Source: Chrysomallon squamiferum (Eukaryota; Animalia; Mollusca). From it: DNA of 64,000 nucleotides. The stretch lies in NCBI GenBank assembly GCA_012295275.1, contig CM022668.1, positions 13,268,001 to 13,332,000 of the forward strand. The letters are read 5' to 3'. A program made the position numbers and the translations under genes. The notes beneath the pieces are model-generated. The model was not told the origin of the DNA, ran no database searches, and worked only from the letters and a program-made list of their open reading frames with translations. This document shows positions 14,649 through 27,390 of the stretch, piece by piece. Each line of letters opens with the position of its first letter. Position 1 is the stretch's first letter.

Positions 14649-14760
14649 TCTACGTTTTTACTAATTTATTTACTTGGATATTATTTATTTATTTGTTTAT
14701 TTATTCATCTGTTTATTTATTTAATTTTTTACTAATTTATTTACTTATTTACTTGGCTAT

Positions 14761-14795
<35 letters not shown>

Positions 14796-14938
14796 TATAC
14801 GTTTTTACTAATTTATTTACTTATATACTTGGGTATTTATTTATTTATTTATTTATCTATATATTTATTTACGTTTTTAATAATTTATTTACTTATTTAC
14901 TTGGCTATTTATTTATTTATTTATTTATTTATTTACAG

Positions 14939-15041
14939 AATAAACAAGTTCAATGTGAAAAGACAAAATGCAAGGCATTAGAAGGCTGTCACGCCATTTT
15001 GTTCGACGGACCTAGTCGAAAATGTTGTGATACTTGTAAAG
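14939..15041 (+). CDS. BMPER: BMPER exon 3, VWC1 second half
   Basis: tacag| ... AAAG|gtaagt; NKQVQCEKTKCKALEGCHAILFDGPSRKCCDTCK(G), ending in the VWC CCxxC motif; phase 0 to 1. Confidence 0.92.
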
Positions 15042-15659
15042 GTAAGTTTTGTATGCGTGCGTGTATGGTATGTGTGTCTGTGTATGTGCGTACGTGCGTT
15101 CGCGTGTGAAAGGGTTTATGTCTGTTTATAATTAGGTAACCATTTTATTCGCATTCATTATCTCTTCTTTTATTTAATCAAGTATTCATTGATTTTATTT
15201 ATTTATTTATTTATGTACTTATTTACCTATTTATTTATTTACGTATTTACCTATTTATTTATCTATTTACTTATTTAACTATTTATTTATTTATTTACTT
15301 ATTTAACTATTTATTTACTTATTTACCTGTTTATTTATTTATTTACTTATTTACCTATTTATTTATTTACTTTTTTACCTGTTTATTTATCTATTTACTT
15401 ATTTACCTATTTACCTATTTATTTACTTATTTAACTATTTATTTACTTATTTACCTGTTTATTTATTTATTTATTTATTTATATTATCGCGTTTCATTAA
15501 TTTAATCTTCATTAGCTCATTCATTTGTTCGTTCATTCATTCAGTTATTCTTTCGTTCGTTCACTTATTCATTCTTTTACTAACGACTTACTCAGTCGTT
15601 TGTTCATTAATTTTAAATCTAAAAATGATCTGTCCAATGTATACAGTTTGTGTTTGTGA

Positions 15660-15900
15660 TTTATAATTATTTTATTTATACATATAATTAACTGGTTTAT
15701 TTATTCGTATATAACTATTTTATATATTCATATAATTAACTGTTTTATTTATTCATATAATCAACTGTTTCATTTATTCATATTATAACTATTTTATTTA
15801 TTCATATAATCATCTATTTTATTTATTCATATTATAACTATTGTATTTATTCACATAATTTATTTTATTTTTTATATTTAATTAGGATTTATTCATATTG
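15660..15900. repeat. AT-rich minisatellite, unit roughly TTTATTCATATAATTAACTGT
   Basis: Repeated TTATTCATA core every ~22-25 nt, running up to and into the disrupted exon. Confidence 0.8.
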
Positions 15901-15984
15901 GTACAATGGAACTTATTCATAAAATTTTATTTTTTTAAAATGGACTAGTTTAATGACCGTCCGTGTGATGAATATTCATGTCGA
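15886..15984 (+). other. BMPER: Disrupted BMPER exon 4 (VWC2 first half); no open frame as assembled
   Basis: attag| ... TGTCGA|gtaagt. Contains the peptide pieces WYNGTY, KWTS and DRPCDEYSCR expected here, but with an in-frame TAA, a frameshift, and a 99-nt length incompatible with the phase 1 to 0 requirement. Confidence 0.75.
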
Positions 15985-16156
15985 GTAAGTAACTTGTAGT
16001 AGTAGTAGTAGCAGCAGTAGTAGTAGTAGTAGTGATAGAACTAGTAGTTGAAGTGGTAGTAGTAATAGTAATAATAATAATAACGATGATGAAGATGATG
16101 ATTATGATGATAATAATAAGAAAAATAACAGCAGCAGCAACAACAACAACATTATT

Positions 16157-16237
<81 letters not shown>

Positions 16238-16992
16238 CTGTACGTACACCATAGGTTAAAATTTCAACTCATGTACTTGACGGCCCTTAACCAGACCATT
16301 TTTTTTTTTTTTTTTTTTTGCACTGACCAGTCCCGTGTCCGGAGGGGAGGTCCGCTCCGAGCACGAGCCGTGGACAGGTCAGCGGAGACGTTTGGACAGC
16401 GAAACAATTAGCGGTTTACTGGCAAGTTTGCCCCAGCCAAACATCAAACATTTGTACAGGGCTGAGCGGCAGGTTGCGAGTAAATATTGACTCACTTCGC
16501 CAATACGTCTGCATTATTTTGAGCAGAGCCGCAGTTACATAACCGAAAGGCCCGCGAATGACTTCAAAGCGCTCTGGTTTTTGAAAAAGTTGTTGTCTGC
16601 CATTTTGCGAAAAATTTCTAGCCATTAGAGCGATGTGGGGGGTTTGTGCGCTTGCGGGGGTCCCCGTTGCGGCGGGTATGGATGTCGTGACGTTGTCGTT
16701 GTTTGAGTCGTCGTTGTCGGATAGGTTTCATAGTGTGTCGCACGCGTTGAAGTGTAAGGTCAGGGGAAAATACATCAGAAGGGCAAGTGAAAAAATTGGA
16801 TACTGGTAATTAGAGACACGAAGTTAAATACAGTTTGAAATACGTAACTGATATATACACACACACACAGAGATAAATACGTGCGTATTGACATACAAGT
16901 ACACATTCAGGTTACACACCCACGCAAATTCAAATATACTTACATACATACATATTTATATACACCTTTATTGTTGTTATAATTATCATCAT

Positions 16993-17027
<35 letters not shown>

Positions 17028-17486
17028 TTTTATTTTATTTTATTTTATTTTATTTTATTTTATTTTATTTTTTTTATTTTATTTTATTTTATTTATTTAT
17101 TTTTTTTTATTTATTTATTTATTTATTTATTCGCTTAATATATATATTTTTTTACTACACTGGTTTATTTATTAACGACTGCTTTTACGGAAATCACCGG
17201 AAGAATTCGGCCATATTCGTTTGATTATTTCAACACTTATTTGAACGGAGAACAAACAATATTTATTTGTTATCAAACGTCTTTTGTACTTACCCAGACT
17301 AAACATAATTATCTCACAGTGTAACAACTGGGATTTAGTTATCTGGAACAGATTTAGTTTCGTGTTTATCAACTGTAAATAAATAAAAATGTGTATTTTT
17401 CTTTTCGACGTCTGCAAGTTGACACAATTATTAGTAGACTGGTTTTCGGTCGTTTTAATATTCAGCGAGAGTTTTATATTTATATT

Positions 17487-17517
<31 letters not shown>

Positions 17518-17678
17518 CTTAAATTATTTTTTGTTGTTTTGTGTTGTTACTGTGTTAATAATGATATTATTTTGTTGCTTTTTATTTTTTGGTTTTTCAT
17601 TTTAATGTTCTTAATTATTTTTTTTTAAATATTATTTTTCTTGTTACTGTTGTTGCCGTAGTTGTTGTTGTTATTATA

Positions 17679-17737
<59 letters not shown>

Positions 17738-17738
17738 A

Positions 17739-17862
<124 letters not shown>

Positions 17863-17868
17863 TCACAG

Positions 17869-17959
17869 GCTGGTGTTGTGACACGGTCACACAAGAAATG
17901 CTACGTACCTTGCAAACATCCAATCAAACAAAAAGGCCGATGCTGTCCCTCCTGTTCAG
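17869..17959 (+). CDS. BMPER: BMPER exon 5, VWC2 second half
   Basis: cacag| ... TCAG|gtaaaa; AGVVTRSHKKCYVPCKHPIKQKGRCCPSCS(G); the GVVT...C..PC..P....G.CCP.C pattern is typical of BMPER VWC2; phase 0 to 1. Confidence 0.9.
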
Positions 17960-17966
17960 GTAAAAA

Positions 17967-18062
<96 letters not shown>

Positions 18063-18461
18063 CAGTCCTTAGAATAAATCGTTAGTAAGTTTCTTTATTT
18101 ATTAGTTTACATGTTTATATATTCAACAGTATACTATCCTCTCAACGATGTGACGTAGAAAAAAACTTATAAACAGTAGCAAGTATTTTGCATATTGGGA
18201 GATATATATATGTTTTGTTATAAGCAAAGGTTGTTTAATAGATTCATATAGGTACATTTTAACAAAAGTAAATAAAACAGTTATTTTAAAGTATGGAAGT
18301 TTTATTTATTAAATTTTATATTTCATATCTTTATCCTTATACTTATTTGTTTATATTTTTATTTAATTAATTTATTTAACTTTTTTATTATTATTATTAT
18401 TATTGTTATTGTTATTGTTATTGTTATTCTTCTTCTTCTTCTTCTTTTTCTTCTTCTTCTT

Positions 18462-18492
<31 letters not shown>

Positions 18493-19303
18493 TTATTATT
18501 ATTATTATTATTATTATTTTCTTCCATATATTTTAACAAAACAAATAGAACATTTTTAAAGAAAAAAAAAAATAAACAGTGAACTTAAGTCCGGAATGTG
18601 AGGGCTTTACTAGCTATTCATAACAAAAGGCGGAAGTAGAAACGTTTATTTCCGGTTAGTCGCGTAGCACGTACAGACGCCGTCGTAGCTTGAAAAAAAA
18701 AGGGAATTTGTCACAAACAGGCATGCTTGACAAACAACCCAAAATATAAAATACATTAAACATAGAATATTTCTTTTAGGAGTTAAAAAAAATAGAAAAA
18801 TAAATTAAAACAGAGGTCACTTGGTATGATAGACTTGGTAATTAAGTACTTCTTGCCCGCCGGACATAATAACACTAACTGACATAATGGTTACAAGTTC
18901 CGGTCATGGTAAATTATTATGTCGTAATAAAATGTCTTTATTTTACTTTTTAACTGGCGTTTGGTTTAACTATTATAATCATCAGAAGAATTGTAAGAAA
19001 ATGCTTTCGTTTATATATATATATATATATTGTTTCTGTAAAGATATGAATAATTCAGCATCAACCTTTTCTAATAATGAAATAGGACCAAAAAAGTTTG
19101 ACGTCAGCTCGTACATTGAAATAATAACAACCCCCTCAAAAAACAACCCCCACAAGAAAATGATCTTTCAAAACTAAAATTAACCATCTGAATATTTTTT
19201 AATTTGATCCTAAAGATACAAATACACCATCTTTTTGAAGAAAAATAAAAAAGTAAATATATTCGAATTTGAAAATTTTAATCTAAATGTTTTTTTTTTT
19301 CAG

Positions 19304-19386
19304 GATGTTTTTACTCAGGGAAAGAATACACGGATGGTGATGTGTTCCATTTAACCACAGACCCGTGCGTGAAATGCACGTGCAAG
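19304..19386 (+). CDS. BMPER: BMPER exon 6, VWC3 first half
   Basis: ttcag| ... AAG|gtaaaa; (G)CFYSGKEYTDGDVFHLTTDPCVKCTCK; phase 1 to 0. Confidence 0.93.
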
Positions 19387-19992
19387 GTAAAAAATTTTTT
19401 AATTCTTTTTTTAACATTACCGGAATTTTTATCAATTACATCATTTTAAATTTTAATTATAATAAACTCGAGTTCAGATGATATTACTTTAAGCAGAGAA
19501 AGAAATAAGGTATATATAATAAATAAATTAATTAATTATGTAATTATACTTAAAGAGTTATCTACCTTCGAATAATCTAAATTGTTTGACCAGAAGCATC
19601 GTTTCGAAGTAACCTTTTATAATTAAAAGAAATGAAGAATAAATAAATAAATAAATAGAATTTTAAATAGTTTACGTCTAAGATATATCTGCCTATTATG
19701 ACTGAAATAAAACGAACCAACCATCTTAATAAATAAAATAAATAAAATAAATAAAATAAAATAACAGTGAAACGATGAAAACAACAAAACAAACAAGCAA
19801 TAAATAAACAAATAAATAAATAAATAAATAAATAAATAAATGTACATAACGATGATAATCAAGATCGTTGCTGAGTTATCAATGAGAATCAACTTTAAGC
19901 TGCTTAAAATCTCGAATCTCAGCAAAACAATTTTTGCATTTTAAATTATGATCAACACACACGTTTTGTATACTATTATCTTAAAATTTCAG

Positions 19993-20092
19993 GCGGGAAA
20001 TCTCACGTGCGTCAGACAAACTTGTCCAGTTCTCAACTGTCCTCGCGAATCCGTGTATAAACCGGAAGGAGAGTGCTGCTCCATGTGCAAAG
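19993..20092 (+). CDS. BMPER: BMPER exon 7, VWC3 second half
   Basis: ttcag| ... AAAG|gtacgt; AGNLTCVRQTCPVLNCPRESVYKPEGECCSMCK(G); phase 0 to 1. Confidence 0.93.
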
Positions 20093-20342
20093 GTACGTAA
20101 CTCTCTGACGTCAACTCTTTTTTTTTGTTTTTTTCATTGTTTTTTCGTAGCAAATTTTGTTTTGTTAATGTGTTTTATTTTATTTTATTTTATTTTATTT
20201 TATTTTATTTTATTTTATTGGGTTCCTTCCTCTTTTTTTTTTTCTTTTTTTTTTTTTTAAATGAATATTTAGGATTTATTTTTTTCTCTCTATCCTGTTT
20301 ATTTACTTACTTGTTTACTTAGTTATTTAATTTTTAAAAAAA

Positions 20343-20395
<53 letters not shown>

Positions 20396-20401
20396 TTATT
20401 T

Positions 20402-20446
<45 letters not shown>

Positions 20447-20629
20447 TTTAATCGAACGACTTTTATTAATATTATTATTATTTTTTTTATTATTGCTTTA
20501 TTTAACTAAAACGTTATTAAATATTGTTTTTATATTTATTAGGTATGATAAAAACATTTATTTATTTATGTTTTCATTATTGCTTTATTTACGTATAGCT
20601 TTATTAAATATTGTTTTTGTATTTTTTAG

Positions 20630-20736
20630 GTATGAGAAGGATATTTGATCTACCTACCTCATGTTATTTTGCAAAACGGGTTTTTTCTAATGGATCAACA
20701 TTCCAACCGGAAAAATGCACAGAATGCATGTGCTTG
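20630..20736 (+). CDS. BMPER: BMPER exon 8, VWC4 first half
   Basis: tttag| ... TTG|gtaagt; (G)MRRIFDLPTSCYFAKRVFSNGSTFQPEKCTECMCL; the G-x-R-x-x-FDLP-x-SC motif is characteristic of BMPER; phase 1 to 0. Confidence 0.93.
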
Positions 20737-20920
20737 GTAAGTTTGTAAATATAATTTTTTTTTATTTTTTCTTTCATTTTTTTTTCTAGCTTTTCTGTTC
20801 TTTTTTTATTTATTTATTTATTTATTTATTTTTATTATGTATTTATTCATTTTGTTATTATTGTTTATTATTACTATTATTATTATTATTATTATTATTG
20901 TTATTATTGTTATCATATTA

Positions 20921-20970
<50 letters not shown>

Positions 20971-21484
20971 TATATATTAATTATTACTATTATTTATTAA
21001 TTATTATTATTATTATCTTTTTTTACTGCAAATGATTATTATAAATATCACTGCACTGGAAATTGATTCAGAATTAATCAGATATTATTAATTAAGAATT
21101 CATTCGTTCGTTCGTTCTTTGATTCATTAAAATTATTCATTATACAAACACCAAAATCATCTTAATAATTATTATTACCACTAAAACGGCTTTGGATGTT
21201 ACTAAATAATTTTTTCATTCATAAAAATATTATCATTATACAAAATCTTTGTATGTTTAAAATTATTATTAAACAGTTCAGGAATTCATTAAATATTCAT
21301 TTATTCATTCATTTGTTTCATTCGTTCATTCAAATTCATCGTCATACAAAACTAATATATATTAATTATTATTATTATTATCATTAAAATAGTTTCAGAT
21401 TATCCTTTAAACATTTAACTATCGAGATATGTATTTTATTCAGAAAATATAATTAATAAAATAATTTTAAAATTTCAAATTTAG

Positions 21485-21622
21485 GAAGGAACGTCCGTAT
21501 GTGATAAAATCACGTGTCCACCCCTAGACTGTACGCCAGGCGATTATATTCAGGAATCAGGAACATGCTGCCAAAAATGTAAACCAAAACGAAACTGTAT
21601 TTTTCAGGGAGAAGAATTTAAG
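21485..21622 (+). CDS. BMPER: BMPER exon 9, VWC4 second half and start of VWC5
   Basis: tttag| ... AAG|gtaatt; EGTSVCDKITCPPLDCTPGDYIQESGTCCQKCKPKRNCIFQGEEFK; phase 0 to 0. Confidence 0.92.
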
Positions 21623-21954
21623 GTAATTTTTTAATTAAAAAAGAACATTTTATTATTTGATTTTTTTTTTTTTTTTTTTTAATTTTAATTTTTTAAAAGG
21701 AGAAAAGGGGTTGGTAATTTTGTAAATGAAATAAATTCAGAAAAAAACAAAAAAACAAAAACAAATTGTATATCTTTGTAAATATACATTAAATCGGATT
21801 AAATATAGGTAAATTAATTATAGAAGGCAGTTATTGAAAATGTTTATAGTAATAGGAATCTTACAAAAAACAAAATGAGTCTTTACAATTTATTTTTAAA
21901 AAAATATTGCCTAGAATGAGTAGTTTGTTTGAATTTTTAAAATTAATGTATCTG

Positions 21955-22052
<98 letters not shown>

Positions 22053-22129
22053 TTTGTTTGTTTGTTGTTGGACTTTTTAAATATATTTTTGCAGTATAAG
22101 ATGGATTTAGCTTTAAAGTCTGTCTCATT

Positions 22130-22160
<31 letters not shown>

Positions 22161-22247
22161 TTTTATTTTATATAATTTTATTTCATTTCATTTCACATTT
22201 TTAATTTTTATTTAATTTTATTTTTTCTTACTTTTCTTCTTCTTCTT

Positions 22248-22278
<31 letters not shown>

Positions 22279-22317
22279 TTATTATTTTATTTTTAATTTA
22301 ATTTTATTGTATTTCAG

Positions 22318-22474
22318 CATCATGAAGAATGGCGGCCTAGTATTTGCACGCACTGCACGTGCGACGATGGTGTGACGTACTGCCAGCGCGAGCGATGCAG
22401 TAACGCCCTCTGGTGTCCACAGGGTTATAAATTAAAATTTGAGCCTGGTTCCTGCTGTCCGAAATGTATTGAAC
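22318..22474 (+). CDS. BMPER: BMPER exon 10, VWC5
   Basis: ttcag| ... GAAC|gtaagt; HHEEWRPSICTHCTCDDGVTYCQRERCSNALWCPQGYKLKFEPGSCCPKCIE; phase 0 to 1. Confidence 0.93.
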
Positions 22475-23495
22475 GTAAGTTTTAAAATAAATAAATATTT
22501 TCTTATATATAAATAATTATTTTAGAAACAGTTTGGAAAAAAAAAAAAAGATTTGGAAGTGTTTGTTTATTTAAATTGAAGTTAGTTTTAAAATAAATGA
22601 TTATTTTAGACAAAGAAAAAGTTGAGAAAACAAAAGAATTTAGAAATGTTTGTATATTTATATTTTAAGTAAATTTTAAAATAAATAAATATTTTATGAA
22701 AATAATTATTCTACCATTTATCATTCATGCATTTATTCATTGTATCAATAATACATTACTATATATTTATTCATTATTTTAAAGTCATTATTCATTTAAA
22801 ATATCTTTGTCTTCATTCATTTATTCAGTGCTATTAATAAATTACTAAGCGTTTGTTATCACTGATTATTTATTTAGTTCGTTATTCATTCACTTTTTCA
22901 AATTTTCTTTGCATCCATTCATTATTCATTCATTTATTTATATATATTATTAATTAATTATTTTTTTTGTCATTCAGTTAAATTTTCAACTTCTTATAAT
23001 TCGAAACTATATTATGCATAGATCCATTCATTATTCATTGAATTAATCATTTAATTAATTATTCATTAATATTTAATTAATTTCATTAATTCATTTAATT
23101 AATTTTCATTCATTTATTATATTTAATTCATTTTTTTTTTTTTGTCATTCATTTAACTTTTCAACTTTTTATTAATTTAATTGATTTCATTCATTTAACT
23201 GATTATTCATTTATCTTCATTTATTCATTTTAATTTAATTTATTCATTTATTTCATTATTCATTTAATTCATTATTCATTTTATTCATTATTATTCATTT
23301 ATATTAACTATTCATTTATTTCATTATTCATTTATATTAATTATTCATTTAATCAATTATTCATTTATTTTATTCTTTATATTCTTCATTTAATCAATTA
23401 TTCAATTAACATTCATTCTTTTACTATTATTAATATTTATAATATAGCATTTTTTATTAAATTAAATTTTTATTTTTATTTTATTTTTTTTTCAG

Positions 23496-24162
23496 ACGAC
23501 GCGGTGTGCACGGTATTCGGAGACCCGCATTACCGCACGTTCGACGGAAAGATGTACAACTTCCAGGGCTCCTGCAAATACCTCCTGACAAAAGACTGCG
23601 CGGGCAAAGAGTTCACCATAAAGGTCAGGAACGGGGTGCGGCTCTCCTCCGGCTTTGCCTGGACCCAGATGCTCGTCATTCTCCTCGGAAACGAGCGAAT
23701 CAGCTTCTTGCAGAACCTGGTCGTCAAGATCAACCGCAAAAGAGTCGTTTTGCCGCACGTCCTTCCCGGACTCTACTCCGTCCGGAGAGACGGACACTCC
23801 GTGACGTTCAGGTCCGAGTCCGGATTAAAAGTCGTCTGGGACGGGGACAGCTTCTTGGAAGTGACGGTGTCCAGCAGGTACAAGAACCGCGTGTGCGGTC
23901 TGTGCGGGAACTACAACGGAGTCGAAGACGACGATCTGATCGGAAAAGACGAGAAGGTTTACGTTCACGGAGAAGAGTTCGGACACTCGTGGCGAATCGG
24001 CAGCAAGAAGGCGTGCAAAGTGAAGCCGATGCTGAGGCGGCTGAAGTCGCCGTGCGACAGAGACTTCAACGCGAAGATCAGAGCCAACCGCCACTGCAAC
24101 GTCCTCTACAGCAAGCTCTTCGCCAAGTGCAGGAAGCAGATCAAAGTGCATCCGTACATCAC
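23496..24162 (+). CDS. BMPER: BMPER exon 11, VWD domain with GDPH autocleavage site and start of C8
   Basis: ttcag| ... AC|gtgagt; (H)DAVCTVFGDPHYRTFDGKMYNFQGSCKYLL...VCGLCGNYNG...EFGHSWRIG...HPYI; matches track ORF 23504..24166; phase 1 to 2. Confidence 0.97.
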
Positions 24163-24646
24163 GTGAGTGTTTTTTTTTTTTTTTGAACTTCTTAAATGTA
24201 TATCCTTAATTTGGTTTCTGTTTGTTTGTTTGTCTGTTTGGTTGTTTGTGTGTTTGTTTGTTTGTTTGTTTGTTTGTTTGTTTGTTTGTTTGTTTATGTA
24301 TTCATTTATTTATTCATTGTTATTTATTTATTTATTTATTTATTACTTCAGGTGTTTATTTGTAAATTTATTTATTTATATATTAGTTTTATATTTATTC
24401 ATTGGCTTCTCTATTTATTTTAGTTTTTTTTTTCTTTCGTTTCGTTTCGCTGATTTTTATTTTATTTTATTTTATTTTATTTTTGTTTAGTTTATTATAT
24501 ATATATCATGTACTGGTTAATATCATTGTTATATTCATTATTCATCAGTTAATTCACTGTATTTTATTATTCAAATTCATGTATAAATTATTAATTTATC
24601 CTTTATTTATTCTTTAATTATTAATTAAATTAATTATTTATTCCTA

Positions 24647-24855
24647 CATTATTAATTAATTATTCATATATTATTGATCGAATTAATTATTACTTCATAA
24701 ATTATTAATTAATTATTCATCTATTAGTGATAGAATTCATTATTACTTCATACATTATTAATTAATTATTCATATATTATTGATTTGAATTCATTATTAC
24801 TTCATACGTTATTAATTAATTATTCATAAATTATTGATTGAATTCATTATTCATG
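24647..24855. repeat. ~53-nt minisatellite, about 4 copies
   Basis: TTATTAATTAATTATTCATATATTATTGATnGAATTCATTATTACTTCATA repeated in tandem. Confidence 0.85.
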
Positions 24856-24913
24856 TATCATTAATTTTATTCATTGCTTATTCATTTATTCATCAATTTA
24901 TTCGTTTATTCAG

Positions 24914-25051
24914 CTCGTGCGTGACGGACATGTGTGACTGTCCGGCAGGTCGGCAGTGCTCGTGCGAGTCGATCCGGGCGTATGCACACGAATGTGCACG
25001 TGCAGGATTTGACATTGACTGGGAGAAAGGGCTCAGCATGCGTCACTGCAG
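24914..25051 (+). CDS. BMPER: BMPER exon 12, C8 domain (apparent +1 frameshift near its end)
   Basis: ttcag| ... GCAG|gtatgt; SCVTDMCDCPAGRQCSCESIRAYAHECARAGFDIDWEKG. Removing one base near 25026-25031 gives WEKGSACVTA and the phase required by the next exon. Confidence 0.9.
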
Positions 25052-25685
25052 GTATGTAGATTACAGTTTACACATGCACAAACAAACGCACCCACAACTG
25101 CATGCGCATAGGCACACCCACACGCACTTACAAAAAACACAGACACATTTTTATATAATAATGATATGTTTGATAGTAAAAAAAAAAAAAAAAAAAAATA
25201 AAAAAGTAAAAATAAATTGATAAATACTCAATCAGGCTGTACCGGGGCTTTTGTCTGTAGTAATTTTTCCCGTTCTAATTTCTTACTAATATATCGATAA
25301 TTGTGTTATCTATCTTTAGAACTGAATTAACATTTGTTTGCTTCCTTCAGTCTTCCATTATCCAAACGTTTTTCAAAGATTCATATTAAGCAAATGTAAT
25401 TGTTATTTAGAAGCTTATTATTGATAATTAATATTTTCTTATTATTGATATTCGTATTATTATTATTTTATTATTATTGTTATTATCAGTAGTAGTAGTA
25501 GTAGTAATAGTATTACTACTAGTAACGGCACAATTGTTTTTATTTTTGCTATTGAGGTTATCATTTGTTTCATCATCTTCATCATCATCACTATCATCAT
25601 TTTTGTCAATACTACTATTGCTACTTCTGTAATTCCTTACTTACCTATCTACCAATCTGTTTGTCAATATGTCTGTCTGTCTGTC

Positions 25686-25718
<33 letters not shown>

Positions 25719-25821
25719 CTGTATCTGTATCTGTATCTATATCTTTATTTATTTATTTATTTACCAGTGTTACAATTACGATAATTATATTTTTTCATTT
25801 CTTTCGTTTCTCCATTTTCAG

Positions 25822-26042
25822 AAAAACCAACATGTCCGAAAGGAGCCGTGTTTTCTAAGTGCGCTCCAGCGTGTGCGGTCACGTGTTCAAATTACAAGAA
25901 AGTGAAAAAGTGTACGAAACTCTGCGTGGCGGGGTGCGTGTGCAAAAAGGGGCGTGTCTTTCACAAAAACAAATGCATCCTCATAAACAAATGCCCGAAA
26001 AAGAAAAACTCGTCTGCCAAAAAAGGACCCGACCCGTCTTGA
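25822..26042 (+). CDS. BMPER: BMPER last coding exon, TIL domain and stop
   Basis: ttcag|AA then KPTCPKGAVFSKCAPACAVTCSNYKKVKKCTKLCVAGCVCKKGRVFHKNKCILINKCPKKKNSSAKKGPDPS, followed by TGA TGA; 10-cysteine TIL pattern. Confidence 0.92.
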
Positions 26043-26809
26043 TGACCCTGGGGCATGCGTGAATAATACATACAGGTGATGACGTCAGCCCTCGTGCTGA
26101 GATTCAAAACTAGTGCGGAAGTCTGGTCCAGGAAGTAGAAAAATTTCAAAGTGTCTGGAGATAAAAAAAACCAAAAAGAAGAAGAAGAACAACAACAACA
26201 ATAAAATATTTATATATTTTTAGAAATAGGCTGAGCTTTAAGAAACTTAATCTGTGATGCTTGCAGCCGAGAGTAGTCGAAAGAGAGATTAAAACTTTTA
26301 ACGTTAATTTTGTGACATTTTCTACCTCAGTCGACTTTAGCTACATTCCAGTAATTCGGTTGTTTCCGGCAGTTTACGGAGATATTCGACATCGGCGGAA
26401 AATGCCGAAAACAGTGATAACTTATTATTACTACAATTACCTCATTTCAACACAGGACCAAAAACCAGTTAAGTGCTCAAGTGATTTAAAAATGGCTTAA
26501 TTTAGTGCAATGATGATTTAACTAGAAATATACACTTAAAGAAAGAAAGAAAAAAAAAAAAAAGAAGTAATAATAATAATGATTTAAAAATTTGAAAATT
26601 AAAAATGAATAATATTGTCCATTATACTTTGTATTTATGTTTATTTTTATTGCCTTATTTAAATTATTTATTTGATATTTCAAATTTCCTCTGTAATTCT
26701 AATTAGTAATTTTTAGTCCCCAATTTCTTTCTTAAATAAATCATTACGGTTATTTATTTATTTATTTATTTATTTATTTGTTCATTTATTTATTTATTTA
26801 TTTGTTCAT

Positions 26810-26864
<55 letters not shown>

Positions 26865-27074
26865 TAAACAAACACACGTTTTTAAAACGTAGAATAATTT
26901 AATTATTCTTCAGATCCATAAAATTTACATTTTGAATTGTTTCAGCATATTTCGGAAATATACATTCCTTTGCCAACAATTCTTCATTCCATGTACCACA
27001 AATAAACCAAATTTCATTTTTATAACTTTTTAACTCTTATTTTCATGTTTTGATAAGCCAGTCAGTTTCTGTAT

Positions 27075-27390
27075 TAAATGTTGGCCACTTAAGACAGGTG
27101 GCTGCATTAAAAGGTCATCTAATACAATCTCAACTAGTGTGTGTTAGCATAGGCAATCGTTCAATGCAGGTAATTTGTGTTAAATATATATATATATAAT
27201 TAATTAAATTCCTCTAATATAAGTGATCCCATTATACAGGTTAGTTTATACGTATATATACTACATAATCTGAGAGAGAAAGCATGGTCTCTTTAGACAG
27301 GTGACTGCTTAATGCAAGTCTGATAGTTGACTTTGGAAGGTAGAATTATCGGTTAACACAAATGGTTGCTTGATACAGGTAGCCCTTTCA
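27075..27390. repeat. Degenerate ACAGGT-core repeat, probably a MITE-like remnant
   Basis: Several diverged units: AGACAGGTGGCTGC, TGCAGGT, ATACAGGTT, GGTCTCTTTAGACAGGTGACTGC, ATACAGGT. The family assignment is from memory and was not searched. Confidence 0.45.

Noticed and set aside
23492-24186. Overlapping 226-aa alternative-frame ORF and antisense ORFs on the VWD exon
   Set aside because: Shadow ORFs expected from GC3-rich codons; no recognisable motifs.
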